This document shows, piece after piece, positions 1 through 8,370 of a stretch of 38,397 nt of DNA. Source of the stretch: a virus. Lineage: Duplodnaviria; Caudoviricetes. The position numbers and the translations under genes were made by a program. How positions within the stretch are numbered: position 1 is the first letter of the stretch; the number at the start of each line of letters is the position of its first letter. The stretch spans positions 1 through 38,397 of IMG/VR virus record IMGVR_UViG_3300014656_000065. One strand, written 5' to 3'. Below the pieces are notes generated by a model. The model saw nothing but the letters and a program-made list of their open reading frames with translations. It did not search any database and was not told where the DNA came from.

Positions 1-579
1 CCCCTCGTACCTAATTAACGCCTGCTTCTCATACATCGCACCGAATATTGACAGGTCAGACAGATCGTATATCGACTTGTACCCCTGACTGAAATAACTG
101 AAATCTGATATGTCCACAAACCCGTCCATCACAAAGTCGTACTCGAACCACGCCTCTACCGTATCGGGGCGTATCGACATCCATTGTAGATTCCACGGCC
201 CGTATGGCAGATAGACCGCGAGCACGTCTACAGAGTCGCCGCGCACCTTGAGCATCGTCACCTCTACACCCTGCGACCAGTCCAGGAATAGGGCTGATGT
301 CTGCGGCACGCATTCACGACAGAGTGAGCGGTCGCTGCACATCCAGACCTGTAGGTGTGTCCGTCTGCCGAACGGCACCGGGTACGAATCGCCCCTGGTC
401 CGAGCCGCCTGCCGCCACCACCTATCGCTGTGCTGCTCGTAGACCAGACAGGTGATGGAGTCGGGGTTATCCCAGGTCAGCGTGGGAGGGTCTGTCTGCC
501 ATGATACGGGTAGGGTCTGAGCCGGACATGGACGCGGGCAGCAGTGCAGCAGCAGCAGTATCAGGAGGATGCGGGTCAT
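1..579 (-). CDS. Secreted protein with a dockerin/EF-hand-like motif, truncated by the window edge (absent from the ORF track)
   Basis: Translated by hand from the ATG at 579 (ATGA overlap with the upstream gene): MTRILLILLLLHCCPRPCPAQ...DFVMDGFVDISDFSYFSQGYKSIYDLSDLSIFGAMY...; frame stays open to base 1. Confidence 0.7.
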   Translation of the reverse strand, partial: MTRILLILLLLHCCPRPCPAQTLPVSWQTDPPTLTWDNPDSITCLVYEQHSDRWWRQAARTRGDSYPVPFGRRTHLQVWMCSDRSLCRECVPQTSALFLDWSQGVEVTMLKVRGDSVDVLAVYLPYGPWNLQWMSIRPDTVEAWFEYDFVMDGFVDISDFSYFSQGYKSIYDLSDLSIFGAMYEKQALIRYEG

Positions 580-812
580 ATCGCTCTCACAATCAATGCG
601 GCGGTCACGATCCCCACGACATCAACGATCAGATCCACGGCCGTGTCCGCTTCCTTGCCGATGTAGTACGGCTCTCGCTTCCACTGGTAGACTTCGAGCA
701 GGATGCTCCCGACAGTTGCCAGGCTGATGCCCCAGTTGCCGAGAATAGCCATACCGATGACCGTCGCGGTGAAGGCTCCGCAGAAGTGGAATGCCTTATC
801 CCGATACGTCAT
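576..812 (-). CDS. Small membrane protein, hypothetical
   Basis: 2-3 hydrophobic segments; GGAGG RBS; overlaps neighbours in the operon. Confidence 0.7.
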   Translation of the reverse strand: MTYRDKAFHFCGAFTATVIGMAILGNWGISLATVGSILLEVYQWKREPYYIGKEADTAVDLIVDVVGIVTAALIVRAI

Positions 813-987
813 GAATGACCTCCCTGGTGATCGCGTTCTTCTCAGTCTTGAAGATGTGATAGTCGCAACAGTGATCCGGCGGGTACTCCTTATTCGGCCT
901 GACTATGCCGCACCATCCAGTATGAGTATCGCCCTCTCGCATGTGATAGCTGACGCAGTTTCTACAGAAGGGCTCTTCGTGTTTCAT
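796..987 (-). CDS. Small Cys-rich (putative Zn-binding) hypothetical protein
   Basis: CxxC...C...CCxxH pattern; ATGA coupling to the upstream gene. Confidence 0.65.
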   Translation of the reverse strand: MKHEEPFCRNCVSYHMREGDTHTGWCGIVRPNKEYPPDHCCDYHIFKTEKNAITREVIHDVSG

Positions 988-1289
988 CCCTCCATCCCCT
1001 CCCGAATCTCTATTGCTTTGGCGAGAGACCTGACAGCCATCGCTCCGGCTTGCGCGAGCTCATAGATATAATTGTCGAGGATGGAACGGGGCCTCTGCCC
1101 GTGATACTCGAAGTTAATCGCCTCCCGCATGGCCTCGCCGACTTCTTCGGTCAGGATACCGGCTCCATGAATCAGATCGTCAGGGAAGCTTAAATGTTTC
1201 GACTCGGCATCATTCAAAGCCTGCATTATTCGCTCGATAGCCTCTTCGAAAATCGAGAGGTATTGTTCTCTTGTAAAGTTGTCGCTCAT
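984..1289 (-). CDS. MazG-like nucleotide pyrophosphohydrolase domain protein
   Basis: ILTEEVGEAMRE...YELAQAGAMA matches the EExGE...E(L)xD/Q all-alpha NTP-PPase pattern. Confidence 0.6.
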   Translation of the reverse strand: MSDNFTREQYLSIFEEAIERIMQALNDAESKHLSFPDDLIHGAGILTEEVGEAMREAINFEYHGQRPRSILDNYIYELAQAGAMAVRSLAKAIEIREGMEG

Positions 1290-1516
1290 CCGTCCTGCCC
1301 CCTACTCTCGTTGATAAGCTTCCGGCGCAGGTTCGCCACGGCGCCATCCGGCCTGCGCAGGCACCCGGCCTCGTAGAGAGACTGCAGCACCATCAGCATA
1401 TAGACTTCTCGCACCTTCATACCCTCAGCCATCAGGGCCGAGAACTGTACCGGCTCGGGCCGTGCTATAAACCGCTTCCACGGCTTCAAATGTTCGTATC
1501 CTTCTGGAAGGCTCAT
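1286..1516 (-). CDS. Hypothetical protein
   Basis: ATGA-coupled to both neighbours. Confidence 0.65.
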   Translation of the reverse strand: MSLPEGYEHLKPWKRFIARPEPVQFSALMAEGMKVREVYMLMVLQSLYEAGCLRRPDGAVANLRRKLINESRGQDG

Positions 1517-2031
1517 TGGTTCTCCTTTACGAATTTCGCGTAATAGGCACAGAGGATGGCATCATATTTATCCTGCTCATCCTCCGCTTCCTTCTCTGTC
1601 TTGAATCCTGGATTCGGTAGGCCGGCGAGCCTACAAGCAGAGTCGATCATGTCGAGCTTCTTCGCCGCGCCCGTTCCATAGATCGTTTTTTTCAACGTTG
1701 TGTTAGGCACGCCGCAGTACGGGAAAAGCATGTCCTCGCCGAGGAGCATTATCTGGCTTACGAGCCAGCCTACGCCCCGGTAGGTCTTGACATTACGGGC
1801 GTAGGGCTCCTCGTATACGAGCATGCCGATTTCCGTACAGCCGCAACCATAGCGGTCGTTCCGCACGTCCTCTACCACCCCCGAGAGCATGTTCCTGAAC
1901 TGCTGGATCTTCTGACCAGGCTCACCCTTTAATTTCTGAGAGAAGAAGTGTACGAGGGTCGATTCATCGAGCACGGCGATTCCCGTCTTGCTCGTAGTGA
2001 AGCCCAGATCGGCGCCGAGATAGATGCTCAT
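1513..2031 (-). CDS. ruvC: RuvC-like Holliday junction resolvase
   Basis: YLGADLGFTTSKTGIAV (catalytic D), LVYEEP (E), LKKTIYGTGAAKK, DKYDAILCA (D..D). Confidence 0.85.
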   Translation of the reverse strand: MSIYLGADLGFTTSKTGIAVLDESTLVHFFSQKLKGEPGQKIQQFRNMLSGVVEDVRNDRYGCGCTEIGMLVYEEPYARNVKTYRGVGWLVSQIMLLGEDMLFPYCGVPNTTLKKTIYGTGAAKKLDMIDSACRLAGLPNPGFKTEKEAEDEQDKYDAILCAYYAKFVKENQ

Positions 2032-3020
2032 AACGCAAGCACCTCCTGCGCTTTCAGGGGTGCGAGCCGCTTCTCTGCTAGTCTGATATAGTCCTCGTTT
2101 AGTTCTATCCCGATGTAGTGCCGCCTTGCCCGCAGTGCCACCTTGGCGACTGTGCCTGAACCCATAAACGGGTCGAGGACGGTATCGCCCTCTGCGCTAC
2201 CCGCCATCAGGCACGGCTCCACAAGCGTCTCGGGGAACACGGCGAAATGGGCTTCAGGGTATGGATGAGTCGGGATAGTCCAGACCGTGCGGCGGTTGCG
2301 CTTACCCTTTGCAATTAATGCCACGCCGCCGCTTGGGACGGTTCCCATCTGTGCATCGTCGAACCTAGGCCGATTCGTCCCGCTTATCCAGCGGGACGCG
2401 ATGTGTTCCGGTGTGGTTGCCGCATCAAGCACCGCCTCCTGATCGTAGTAGTACCGACTGCTTTTGCTCATCAGGAACACGTACTCGTGCGCCTTCGTGG
2501 GCCTGTCTGTGACCGACTCGGGCATCGGGTTCGGCTTCGACCATATTATGTCCGAGCGCAGATACCACCCGTCCTGCTGTAGTGCGAACGCGACACGCCA
2601 CGGGATGCCGATGAGGTCTTTGGGTTTGAGGTTGCACAACTCTAAATCAAATAGCCTGTTTCCACCGGGCATGGCTGGCTGAGATTTTCTGTTTTTTGCC
2701 AGGTTGCCCGTCTCGTCGCGTTTGGCATTTAATGTGCTATTTGTAATGCCCCCGCTCCCCTTGATCGTTGCCGCATACGAATCTCCCAAATTCAGCCACA
2801 GAGTCCCGTCCGGCCTCAGAACCCGCCTGACCTCGGCAAATATCGCCACCATCTTCGCCACGTACTGCTCCGGTGTCGGTTCAAGGCCGAGCTGGCCCGC
2901 GCACCCGTAATCCCTCAAGCCCCAATAAGGCGGCGAGGTGATGCAGCACTGGGCGCATTCGTCGGGTAGGCCCCGAAGAACCTCAAGCGAATCGCCGTGA
3001 TGGATTACGTCCAACCTCAT
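2028..3020 (-). CDS. DNA methyltransferase, N4-C/N6-A beta class
   Basis: Motif IV TSPPY near the N-terminus, motif I VLDPFMGSGT near the C-terminus, HFAVFPE; ATG at 3020 preceded by AGGAG. Confidence 0.93.
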   Translation of the reverse strand: MRLDVIHHGDSLEVLRGLPDECAQCCITSPPYWGLRDYGCAGQLGLEPTPEQYVAKMVAIFAEVRRVLRPDGTLWLNLGDSYAATIKGSGGITNSTLNAKRDETGNLAKNRKSQPAMPGGNRLFDLELCNLKPKDLIGIPWRVAFALQQDGWYLRSDIIWSKPNPMPESVTDRPTKAHEYVFLMSKSSRYYYDQEAVLDAATTPEHIASRWISGTNRPRFDDAQMGTVPSGGVALIAKGKRNRRTVWTIPTHPYPEAHFAVFPETLVEPCLMAGSAEGDTVLDPFMGSGTVAKVALRARRHYIGIELNEDYIRLAEKRLAPLKAQEVLAL

Positions 3021-3031
3021 CTCACTCCTAA

Positions 3032-3095
3032 GCCCCGGCCCGGGTTGAACCACAGGGCTGCGGGCCGAAGCGGCGCTCCTGTGCCGGACCGGGGC
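3032..3095 (-). repeat. Intergenic inverted repeat: 12-bp GC stem, 40-nt interior
   Basis: gccccggcccgg (3032-3043) / ccggaccggggc (3084-3095); the single mismatch is a G-U pair on the - strand; inner stem cacagg/cctgtg. Confidence 0.8.
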
Positions 3096-3096
3096 G

Positions 3097-3291
3097 TCAC
3101 TTCAATTCCTTCACGTAGACACGGTATCCGCTCGAATAGAACTCGAACGGATGCCCGTCCTCTTTGAGCCGCCGGTTCGCCTCGGCGATCACATCGTCCT
3201 TGAGAACGTCGTCGGCCTCGATAGCGATAGTCTCGAACGCATCACTGACGACATCGAGGACCTCAAGCTGTGCTGCGCGGCAGTTGGTCAC
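3097..3291 (-). CDS. Hypothetical protein
   Basis: GTGA-coupled to the upstream gene; operon position. Confidence 0.65.
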   Translation of the reverse strand: MTNCRAAQLEVLDVVSDAFETIAIEADDVLKDDVIAEANRRLKEDGHPFEFYSSGYRVYVKELK

Positions 3292-4169
3292 TTCGGTGCC
3301 GCCTCGATCAGGGTGAGGTCGGAGGCTTTATACTCGAAGGTGGCATATACATCTATCTTGTCCAGTCGAACAACAATCGGGTCAACCCCCGACTCGGCTA
3401 TATAGACGATTACGCCTTGTGCTCCGCTTCTCTCCCGCACTCTATCCCCGACCTGCGGCACCCACGGCTTGGGCTTGCGGATCGCGTCGAGCCTGCTCTG
3501 GATGTAGTCGCGGACGGCGCGGGCGTTAGCGGCGGTGCGACCGGTTCCGGTCATGGTTCCATACAAACCGTAATGGTAGTTGCAACAGTTCGTCACGTAC
3601 CCGAGCGGGCAGTTGCCGCAACCCCGCTCCGTGCGGTATTTAGCACAAGCCGGGCAAGTCTCGACTCCGGCCTTTATCTTCAGCCAGTCCACCCCCGCCT
3701 CGTGTGCGGCTATGACCTCGTTCCACTTGTTCACGCTATGAACCAGCACCGATTCGTCGCTCATGTTCTTGCAGTCCAGACCACTAACGTTCTCGGGTGT
3801 GTACCAGAATATGAACGGCTCGGGCTTCGGCTGCTCCACCTCGACCCGGCGGTCGATGCGGAAGCAAGTAGCATCAGTGCTGAGGGGAACAACACGTATC
3901 CAATCCCAAATACTCCTACACCCCTCCATGCTCGATATAGCAACTACATCGCCCCTGTATATAATGACCACACATCCGTTACGTCTTAATGCCGCCTCGC
4001 ACTCCCCCGTCACGTCCACCCACTCGTACCGCTTCTCGTCCTTCATCGCTCGCCTCCTGATTTCGTCTATGATTCTAGACTGTTCCTCCATCACCCTTGC
4101 TGCTAACCAAGCCTGCTTAAAAGCCGCGCACCATGCTCGGCCCTCAGCCCACAGATTTAACCTGTGCAT
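3288..4169 (-). CDS. Hypothetical multi-segment protein (Cys-rich block, C-terminal SH3/KOW-like segment)
   Basis: Start chosen at the TGATG overlap with the recT stop; CPACAKY...CGNCPL...CC; PQVGDRVRE...GVIVYI; a second GGAGG-preceded ATG at 4046. Confidence 0.65.
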   Translation of the reverse strand: MHRLNLWAEGRAWCAAFKQAWLAARVMEEQSRIIDEIRRRAMKDEKRYEWVDVTGECEAALRRNGCVVIIYRGDVVAISSMEGCRSIWDWIRVVPLSTDATCFRIDRRVEVEQPKPEPFIFWYTPENVSGLDCKNMSDESVLVHSVNKWNEVIAAHEAGVDWLKIKAGVETCPACAKYRTERGCGNCPLGYVTNCCNYHYGLYGTMTGTGRTAANARAVRDYIQSRLDAIRKPKPWVPQVGDRVRERSGAQGVIVYIAESGVDPIVVRLDKIDVYATFEYKASDLTLIEAAPK

Positions 4170-5215
4170 CACTTCTGCGCCTCCGCCTGCCGCTTTATCC
4201 ACCTGACAGCGGCGTACCAGTCACCGCGGCGGATAAACTCGTTCATCTCATCGTCGAGGGCGAACTGCTTGTCGGGATCCGCGAGCTCGAAGGCATAGCC
4301 GTAGTCGTCGCCTGTGACCTCGCTCTTCGCCAGTATCTTGTCGAGCTCTGCAATAATGTCCGGGGCGCCGGGCTCTCGACTGGAGGGGCGATCGGTAGGA
4401 CCGGCGTTACCCCCGGACTGCGCCTGCTGCTCAGCGGGCTTTTTCAAGTCATTCATCTCGACGCGGCCCGTCTCAGGCCCGCCGCTGTCTTCGTCCTCAA
4501 CAGTGAAGTCGACGCCTGCGCGAAGATTCTGAGGCACTCCGGCCTCTGCCATCTCATCGAGGGCGACAGCACGCTGTAGCTCCGTCGAGGCCGGGAGCGT
4601 CTTGCAGTTGCGCCTGAGTACCGTCTTCTTTCCCATCTCATCGTAGTAATCGCTCCACGGCGCCAGATCCTTCCCTCTGCTGGCGTTGCGTATCTTGTCG
4701 ACCTCGTGCTTGTGCATGACCTCTATCTTCACGCCGCCGCTTACCATGACGGCAACCGAATAGAATGCGACCGTCGGGCCGGGGTCCTGAAGCACCGAGG
4801 GCTTGTGGGTGATCGTTTCATTCGTGCCGAGGACGTACTTGAAGTGATCCTCCCTGTGGACCACTCGAGCGTAGATGCTCTTTATCACCCCGGAGTTGTA
4901 GGCGAGCTTGATGAGGCCCTTGTACCCGAGGATGAGCGTACACTGGCCATTGAACGGCACCGGGTAGGCTTCGCCGGTCACGCCGTCGAGAGCCAGGCCG
5001 AGCTGAGACGCCTCCATGAGCGTTCCCATCAGGCTGGCCGGGGTGCAGTCCAGGAGCTTCGGGTTCTTGCGGAACGATGTCAGCGCTATCCGGGCCATCC
5101 TGTCAGCGGTGATGTGCTGAGGAAGCGCCTTCTCGAGCTCAGGTGCCATGCTCGCTATCAGACCACTGACCTTGTCATACTTACCTTTGAGCGTCAGAGC
5201 CGTCGTCGCTGTCAT
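4169..5215 (-). CDS. recT: RecT family single-strand annealing recombinase
   Basis: LEKALPQHITADRMARIALT, KLLDCTPASL, AYPVPF, ILGYKGLIKLA, PWSDYYDEMGKKTVLRR. Confidence 0.93.
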   Translation of the reverse strand: MTATTALTLKGKYDKVSGLIASMAPELEKALPQHITADRMARIALTSFRKNPKLLDCTPASLMGTLMEASQLGLALDGVTGEAYPVPFNGQCTLILGYKGLIKLAYNSGVIKSIYARVVHREDHFKYVLGTNETITHKPSVLQDPGPTVAFYSVAVMVSGGVKIEVMHKHEVDKIRNASRGKDLAPWSDYYDEMGKKTVLRRNCKTLPASTELQRAVALDEMAEAGVPQNLRAGVDFTVEDEDSGGPETGRVEMNDLKKPAEQQAQSGGNAGPTDRPSSREPGAPDIIAELDKILAKSEVTGDDYGYAFELADPDKQFALDDEMNEFIRRGDWYAAVRWIKRQAEAQK

Positions 5216-6477
5216 GCCGTCCCCTCCTCTGCGACCATGCCATCCTCGATGATGACGGAGGCCTTGGACGGATCGGTCGTAACGCGCTCCATGATGATCT
5301 GCACGTTCTCCTGCTCTGCCATGTCGGCGATGAGCTTCAGGTTGTCGTCGTCGAGGACATTACCGTCACGGATGAACAGCAGGCGCACACCGTCGACAGG
5401 GAGCATGGAGATGAGCATCGGGGTGAATATCTTCAGGCGGCCGGACGTGGACTCCTGCTCGATCGGTATGCCGTTGAACAGCACCCCTTCGTCGGAGAAT
5501 GAGAGCCCGTCGACCGGCAGCTTCGCATCTGCGAGCATCGCGGCCTTCTGCCGATCGATATCATCGATCCGCGCGGTGAGCTGCTCGGATTCCTTCTTGG
5601 ACTCGCGTGCCTCGAGGAGCTTCGCGGACCTGTCTGCGTTGGCGCGGACCTTCTTGTTGACCTCTTCTGCAGTATCGATCTTCACCTGGATCTCTTCCTC
5701 GTTACCCACGGGCATCCCCACGAGCTTCTCGCCGAACGCGACCGCCTTCTGGGCAAGGTTCTTTAAGGACACGCCGATGAGTTCGAGCTCGGCCCTCAGT
5801 TCCGAGGCACGCACCTCTTCATCCTCCACCTTCCCCTTGATGGCCTCGAGCTCATTCGTGACCAGCTCGTAGTCCGCTGTCTTGCCCTGCTCCACCTTCA
5901 TCTTCTCCAGGAGCTCCGACACGGAGGTCTCAACCTCCGGCGCATCCTCGTGCTTCGGCATACCCTCGGCTGTCGCCTGCAGCCTCTTCTGCTCCTTGTT
6001 GACGGCGGTGCGGTCGACGTAGAGCTCGCTGCGCTTCTTGTCGAGAGCCGAGTAGTCTAGCCCCGCGAGCTGCTCGAGCATCCCCTGCAGCTCCTTGTCG
6101 TTCATCCTGGAGAGCTCCACCGGGTCGAGGTACTCGCCGAAGAGCTTGCTCAGAAGCGTTTGCGGAGACTTGAACGTCGCCCCCTCTTCGTTCTCGACCA
6201 CGATATCCGTCCACCCGCCAGGCCGTACCCGGCGCGTGACGATCAGGCCGGTATCGAGAGTCAGCGTCGTATGACCTTCCTCTGCGCCGCTGTGGACGGG
6301 CTCCTTCTTCAGGGCGCCCTTGCCCTTCAGCACGCTCCAGAGTGAATCGATCGTCGAGCTCTTGCCCTGCTCGTTGCGACCGCCGATGATAAAGACACCG
6401 TTCTCCTTCGAGAACTTCAGCGTCACGGCCTTAATCCGGTACATGTTCTCTACTTCCAGACTCGTTATCCTCGCCAT
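5212..6477 (-). CDS. SMC/Rad50-like (AAA_23-type) ATPase with coiled coil
   Basis: Walker A GRNEQGKSS, long coiled coil, signature-like ESTSG, Walker B-like LLFIRDG. Confidence 0.88.
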   Translation of the reverse strand: MARITSLEVENMYRIKAVTLKFSKENGVFIIGGRNEQGKSSTIDSLWSVLKGKGALKKEPVHSGAEEGHTTLTLDTGLIVTRRVRPGGWTDIVVENEEGATFKSPQTLLSKLFGEYLDPVELSRMNDKELQGMLEQLAGLDYSALDKKRSELYVDRTAVNKEQKRLQATAEGMPKHEDAPEVETSVSELLEKMKVEQGKTADYELVTNELEAIKGKVEDEEVRASELRAELELIGVSLKNLAQKAVAFGEKLVGMPVGNEEEIQVKIDTAEEVNKKVRANADRSAKLLEARESKKESEQLTARIDDIDRQKAAMLADAKLPVDGLSFSDEGVLFNGIPIEQESTSGRLKIFTPMLISMLPVDGVRLLFIRDGNVLDDDNLKLIADMAEQENVQIIMERVTTDPSKASVIIEDGMVAEEGTA

Positions 6478-6490
6478 GAGGACCTCCTTT

Positions 6491-7267
6491 TTATCCCGTG
6501 TAGGGACATTCCTCGTAAAACGCGCACCACTCAGGGCTGCACCACCAGTTCTCTCTCGATGTCGGCATAAACACGCCGGCCTCTATGACCTTCAGGGCGG
6601 TCTGTATCTTCAGCAGGAGAGCGTCTATATCCCCCTGCGTCCTCTTCGTCTCAAATGGTTTGTACTTCGGAGTCTTGAGCTTATGCAGGCAGTCGAACCG
6701 CAGGCCTATCTCTTCGGGCGGGATGCCGTCGAGCACACTCTTCGCTATCGTATACATCGTCAGCTGGTCAGACGTATCAGCCCACTTCTGCGTCGGGGCC
6801 TTATTGGTAGTCTTGGTGTCTATGACGCTGCGTATCTCCTCGATGTCTATCCTGCCGGCGAGCGTGTGTCCGGTATCGGCGAAGTCGAGAATCCACGAGC
6901 GCTCCAGGGCGACCGGCTCAATGCGGGGTGCCGCCTTCTCGTGATGAAGGACAGCCAGCCCCACCGCCTGATCCTTCATCTGATCGATAGTGACGGCACG
7001 CCCGAAGAAGCGCTCATCCTCCATCAGGGCCAGACCCTCGCGGTCTACCCGGGCGATGACAGCATCCCGGGCCGCGTCCATCACGTCATCATCTGGCAGC
7101 AGGATCCCCGTCTTCATCTTGCACCCGAGGTCTTGCTCAGTCGTATCGTGCAGAGAGGACCCGACGATCATCGCAGAGCGCGGCGGCCGCGGCCCGCAGG
7201 TGTCGATAAACTCCCACAGGACGCCGCACTTCATCAGGGTGTTAAGATTGCTCCAGTGTAGTTCCAT
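6491..7267 (-). CDS. PD-(D/E)XK exonuclease, RecB/AddB/Cas4-like, with a putative Fe-S cluster
   Basis: GSSLH, LAGRIDI, IDTKT, QLTMY; one N-terminal Cys plus C-terminal CSPEWCAFYEEC. Confidence 0.88.
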   Translation of the reverse strand: MELHWSNLNTLMKCGVLWEFIDTCGPRPPRSAMIVGSSLHDTTEQDLGCKMKTGILLPDDDVMDAARDAVIARVDREGLALMEDERFFGRAVTIDQMKDQAVGLAVLHHEKAAPRIEPVALERSWILDFADTGHTLAGRIDIEEIRSVIDTKTTNKAPTQKWADTSDQLTMYTIAKSVLDGIPPEEIGLRFDCLHKLKTPKYKPFETKRTQGDIDALLLKIQTALKVIEAGVFMPTSRENWWCSPEWCAFYEECPYTG

Positions 7268-7325
7268 GATTATTCAGGGGAGCGGCCTCGCATAGCGACC
7301 TCGCCGGGATCACCGTAGAGGCTCA

Positions 7326-7535
7326 TCAGCCCGTGCTCCTTCCCGAGCCCTCGCTCCCCTTTGTCCCTTTCGCGAACCATGCTTCGATATCGGCGACGCT
7401 GTAGTAGATGCCGCTGCCCTCGGGCTTGCTCCACCTCGGGCCTTTGCCGAGATATCGCCAGTTGCTCAGCGTCTTCTGTTTGATGCCGTACAGCTGTTCT
7501 ACCTCTGCGGCGGTGAGCATCTTGCGCGGGTTCAT
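7326..7535 (-). CDS. AlpA/excisionase-like HTH protein
   Basis: MLTAAEVEQLYGIKQKTLSNWRYLGKGPRWSK...IYYSVADIEAW; ATG at 7535 overlaps the upstream stop. Confidence 0.85.
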   Translation of the reverse strand: MNPRKMLTAAEVEQLYGIKQKTLSNWRYLGKGPRWSKPEGSGIYYSVADIEAWFAKGTKGSEGSGRSTG

Positions 7536-7780
7536 ATCACCATCCTCATCTGCTTCGTGTCGTTCAGGTGATACTTCCATCCCGCTATCCGGTCGTGTAT
7601 GCACTGGATCTCGTACCCCTCCTGATTGCGTAGTTCGCTGACTCTATTGCGGAACGTGTACCCGCATAGTTCTATGAGCTGGTCGAGATAGGCGTATCCG
7701 TCGCCTGATCGGTTCGCTTCACGGAGCAGCCAGAGGATGCGCCGCTTCTGTGTCCAGCCGTGGAATCCGAGCGGGTACAT
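7532..7780 (-). CDS. Winged-HTH domain protein
   Basis: TQKRRILWLL...FRNRVSELRNQEGYEI...YHL is a common phage wHTH pattern. Confidence 0.75.
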   Translation of the reverse strand: MYPLGFHGWTQKRRILWLLREANRSGDGYAYLDQLIELCGYTFRNRVSELRNQEGYEIQCIHDRIAGWKYHLNDTKQMRMVI

Positions 7781-7781
7781 A

Positions 7782-7868
7782 TCAAACCGCCCTTAGCAGT
7801 TGTGCGCCCCAGTACAGGAACGAGAAGATGATTAGCGCCCACGCGACCTTACTTCCGAGCTTCTTCAT
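7782..7868 (-). CDS. 28-aa membrane peptide
   Basis: MKKLGSKVAWALIIFSFLYWGAQLLRAV with GGAGG RBS; this is the C-terminal end of the 197-aa track ORF. Confidence 0.55.
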   Translation of the reverse strand: MKKLGSKVAWALIIFSFLYWGAQLLRAV

Positions 7869-8007
7869 GACCAGCCCTCCTCCATCGGTACGGCTCCCGT
7901 GACAGCCTGAGAGCCTTGTTTCGTTGCCTGGCGAATCGATCCAGCATGCCAACGCGCTCTGTGACCTCGCCCGTCTTGAGGTGATACTTCTCATAGATAG
8001 GAACCAT
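7849..8007 (-). CDS. 52-aa hypothetical protein (below the ORF-track cutoff)
   Basis: AGGAGG RBS then MVPIYEKYHLKTGEVTERVGMLDRFARQRNKALRLSREPYRWRRAGHEEARK. Confidence 0.55.
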   Translation of the reverse strand: MVPIYEKYHLKTGEVTERVGMLDRFARQRNKALRLSREPYRWRRAGHEEARK

Positions 8008-8026
8008 GCGCCCTCCTGTCGAAAAG

Positions 8027-8370
8027 CCCGCCCCGGGACTACTACCGCTCTTATCTGCGGGGATGAGGATACGGACGAGTTACCCGGGGCAGGACAAAAC
8101 ATAATGGCCGGCACCTGAGACCTGAGAGGACCTGCTGTCGATAGGGGTAAAGTGATGGCCGGTGCCGGCCGGGGATCAGCAGAGGCGGGCGGGCTACTTA
8201 ACAGTCTGACTGAGTTTTGCTTCAACACAATGTGACTACCCACCCGCCTCCGTCCTTTCGTTCCGGGCCGCACCTCGCCACCGGCGTTTACACGCATTTC
8301 GAAAACTGCCGCTATGGCTATGGTGTTGCCCCTGTTGTAAAGCGCCGACCTGCCGATTGCCGCACAGGTC
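8027..8370 (-). ncRNA. Putative structured RNA region: four 65-69 nt long-loop hairpins plus one small hairpin
   Basis: Stems 8027-8037/8083-8093, 8106-8115/8161-8170, 8182-8193/8239-8250, 8282-8292/8336-8347; interiors 45, 45, 45 and 43 nt; small hairpin gacctg/caggtc 8347-8370. The inverted repeats are certain; expression as RNA is inferred. Confidence 0.5.

Noticed and set aside
1513-2031. RNA-guided RuvC nuclease (TnpB/IscB/TasR-like)
   Set aside because: Only 172 aa with the compact resolvase motif layout; no Zn finger, HNH, Nop or RNA-binding extension
3032-3095. tRNA gene (GGTTCAA T-loop-like sequence on the - strand)
   Set aside because: Cannot be folded into a cloverleaf; no D arm or anticodon arm; only 64 nt. 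No tRNA was recognised elsewhere either
4706-7261. Long + strand ORFs (388 aa and 313 aa), and similar ones at 16696-17775, 25469-26644 and 29105-30292
   Set aside because: Antisense shadows of well-supported - strand genes in GC-rich DNA; no motifs or RBS
8027-8370. CRISPR mini-array or TIGR array
   Set aside because: No repeated sequence between units, no evident box C/D-like motifs, and no Cas effector or Nop-domain gene; the Cas4-like nuclease sits in a normal RecT recombination module
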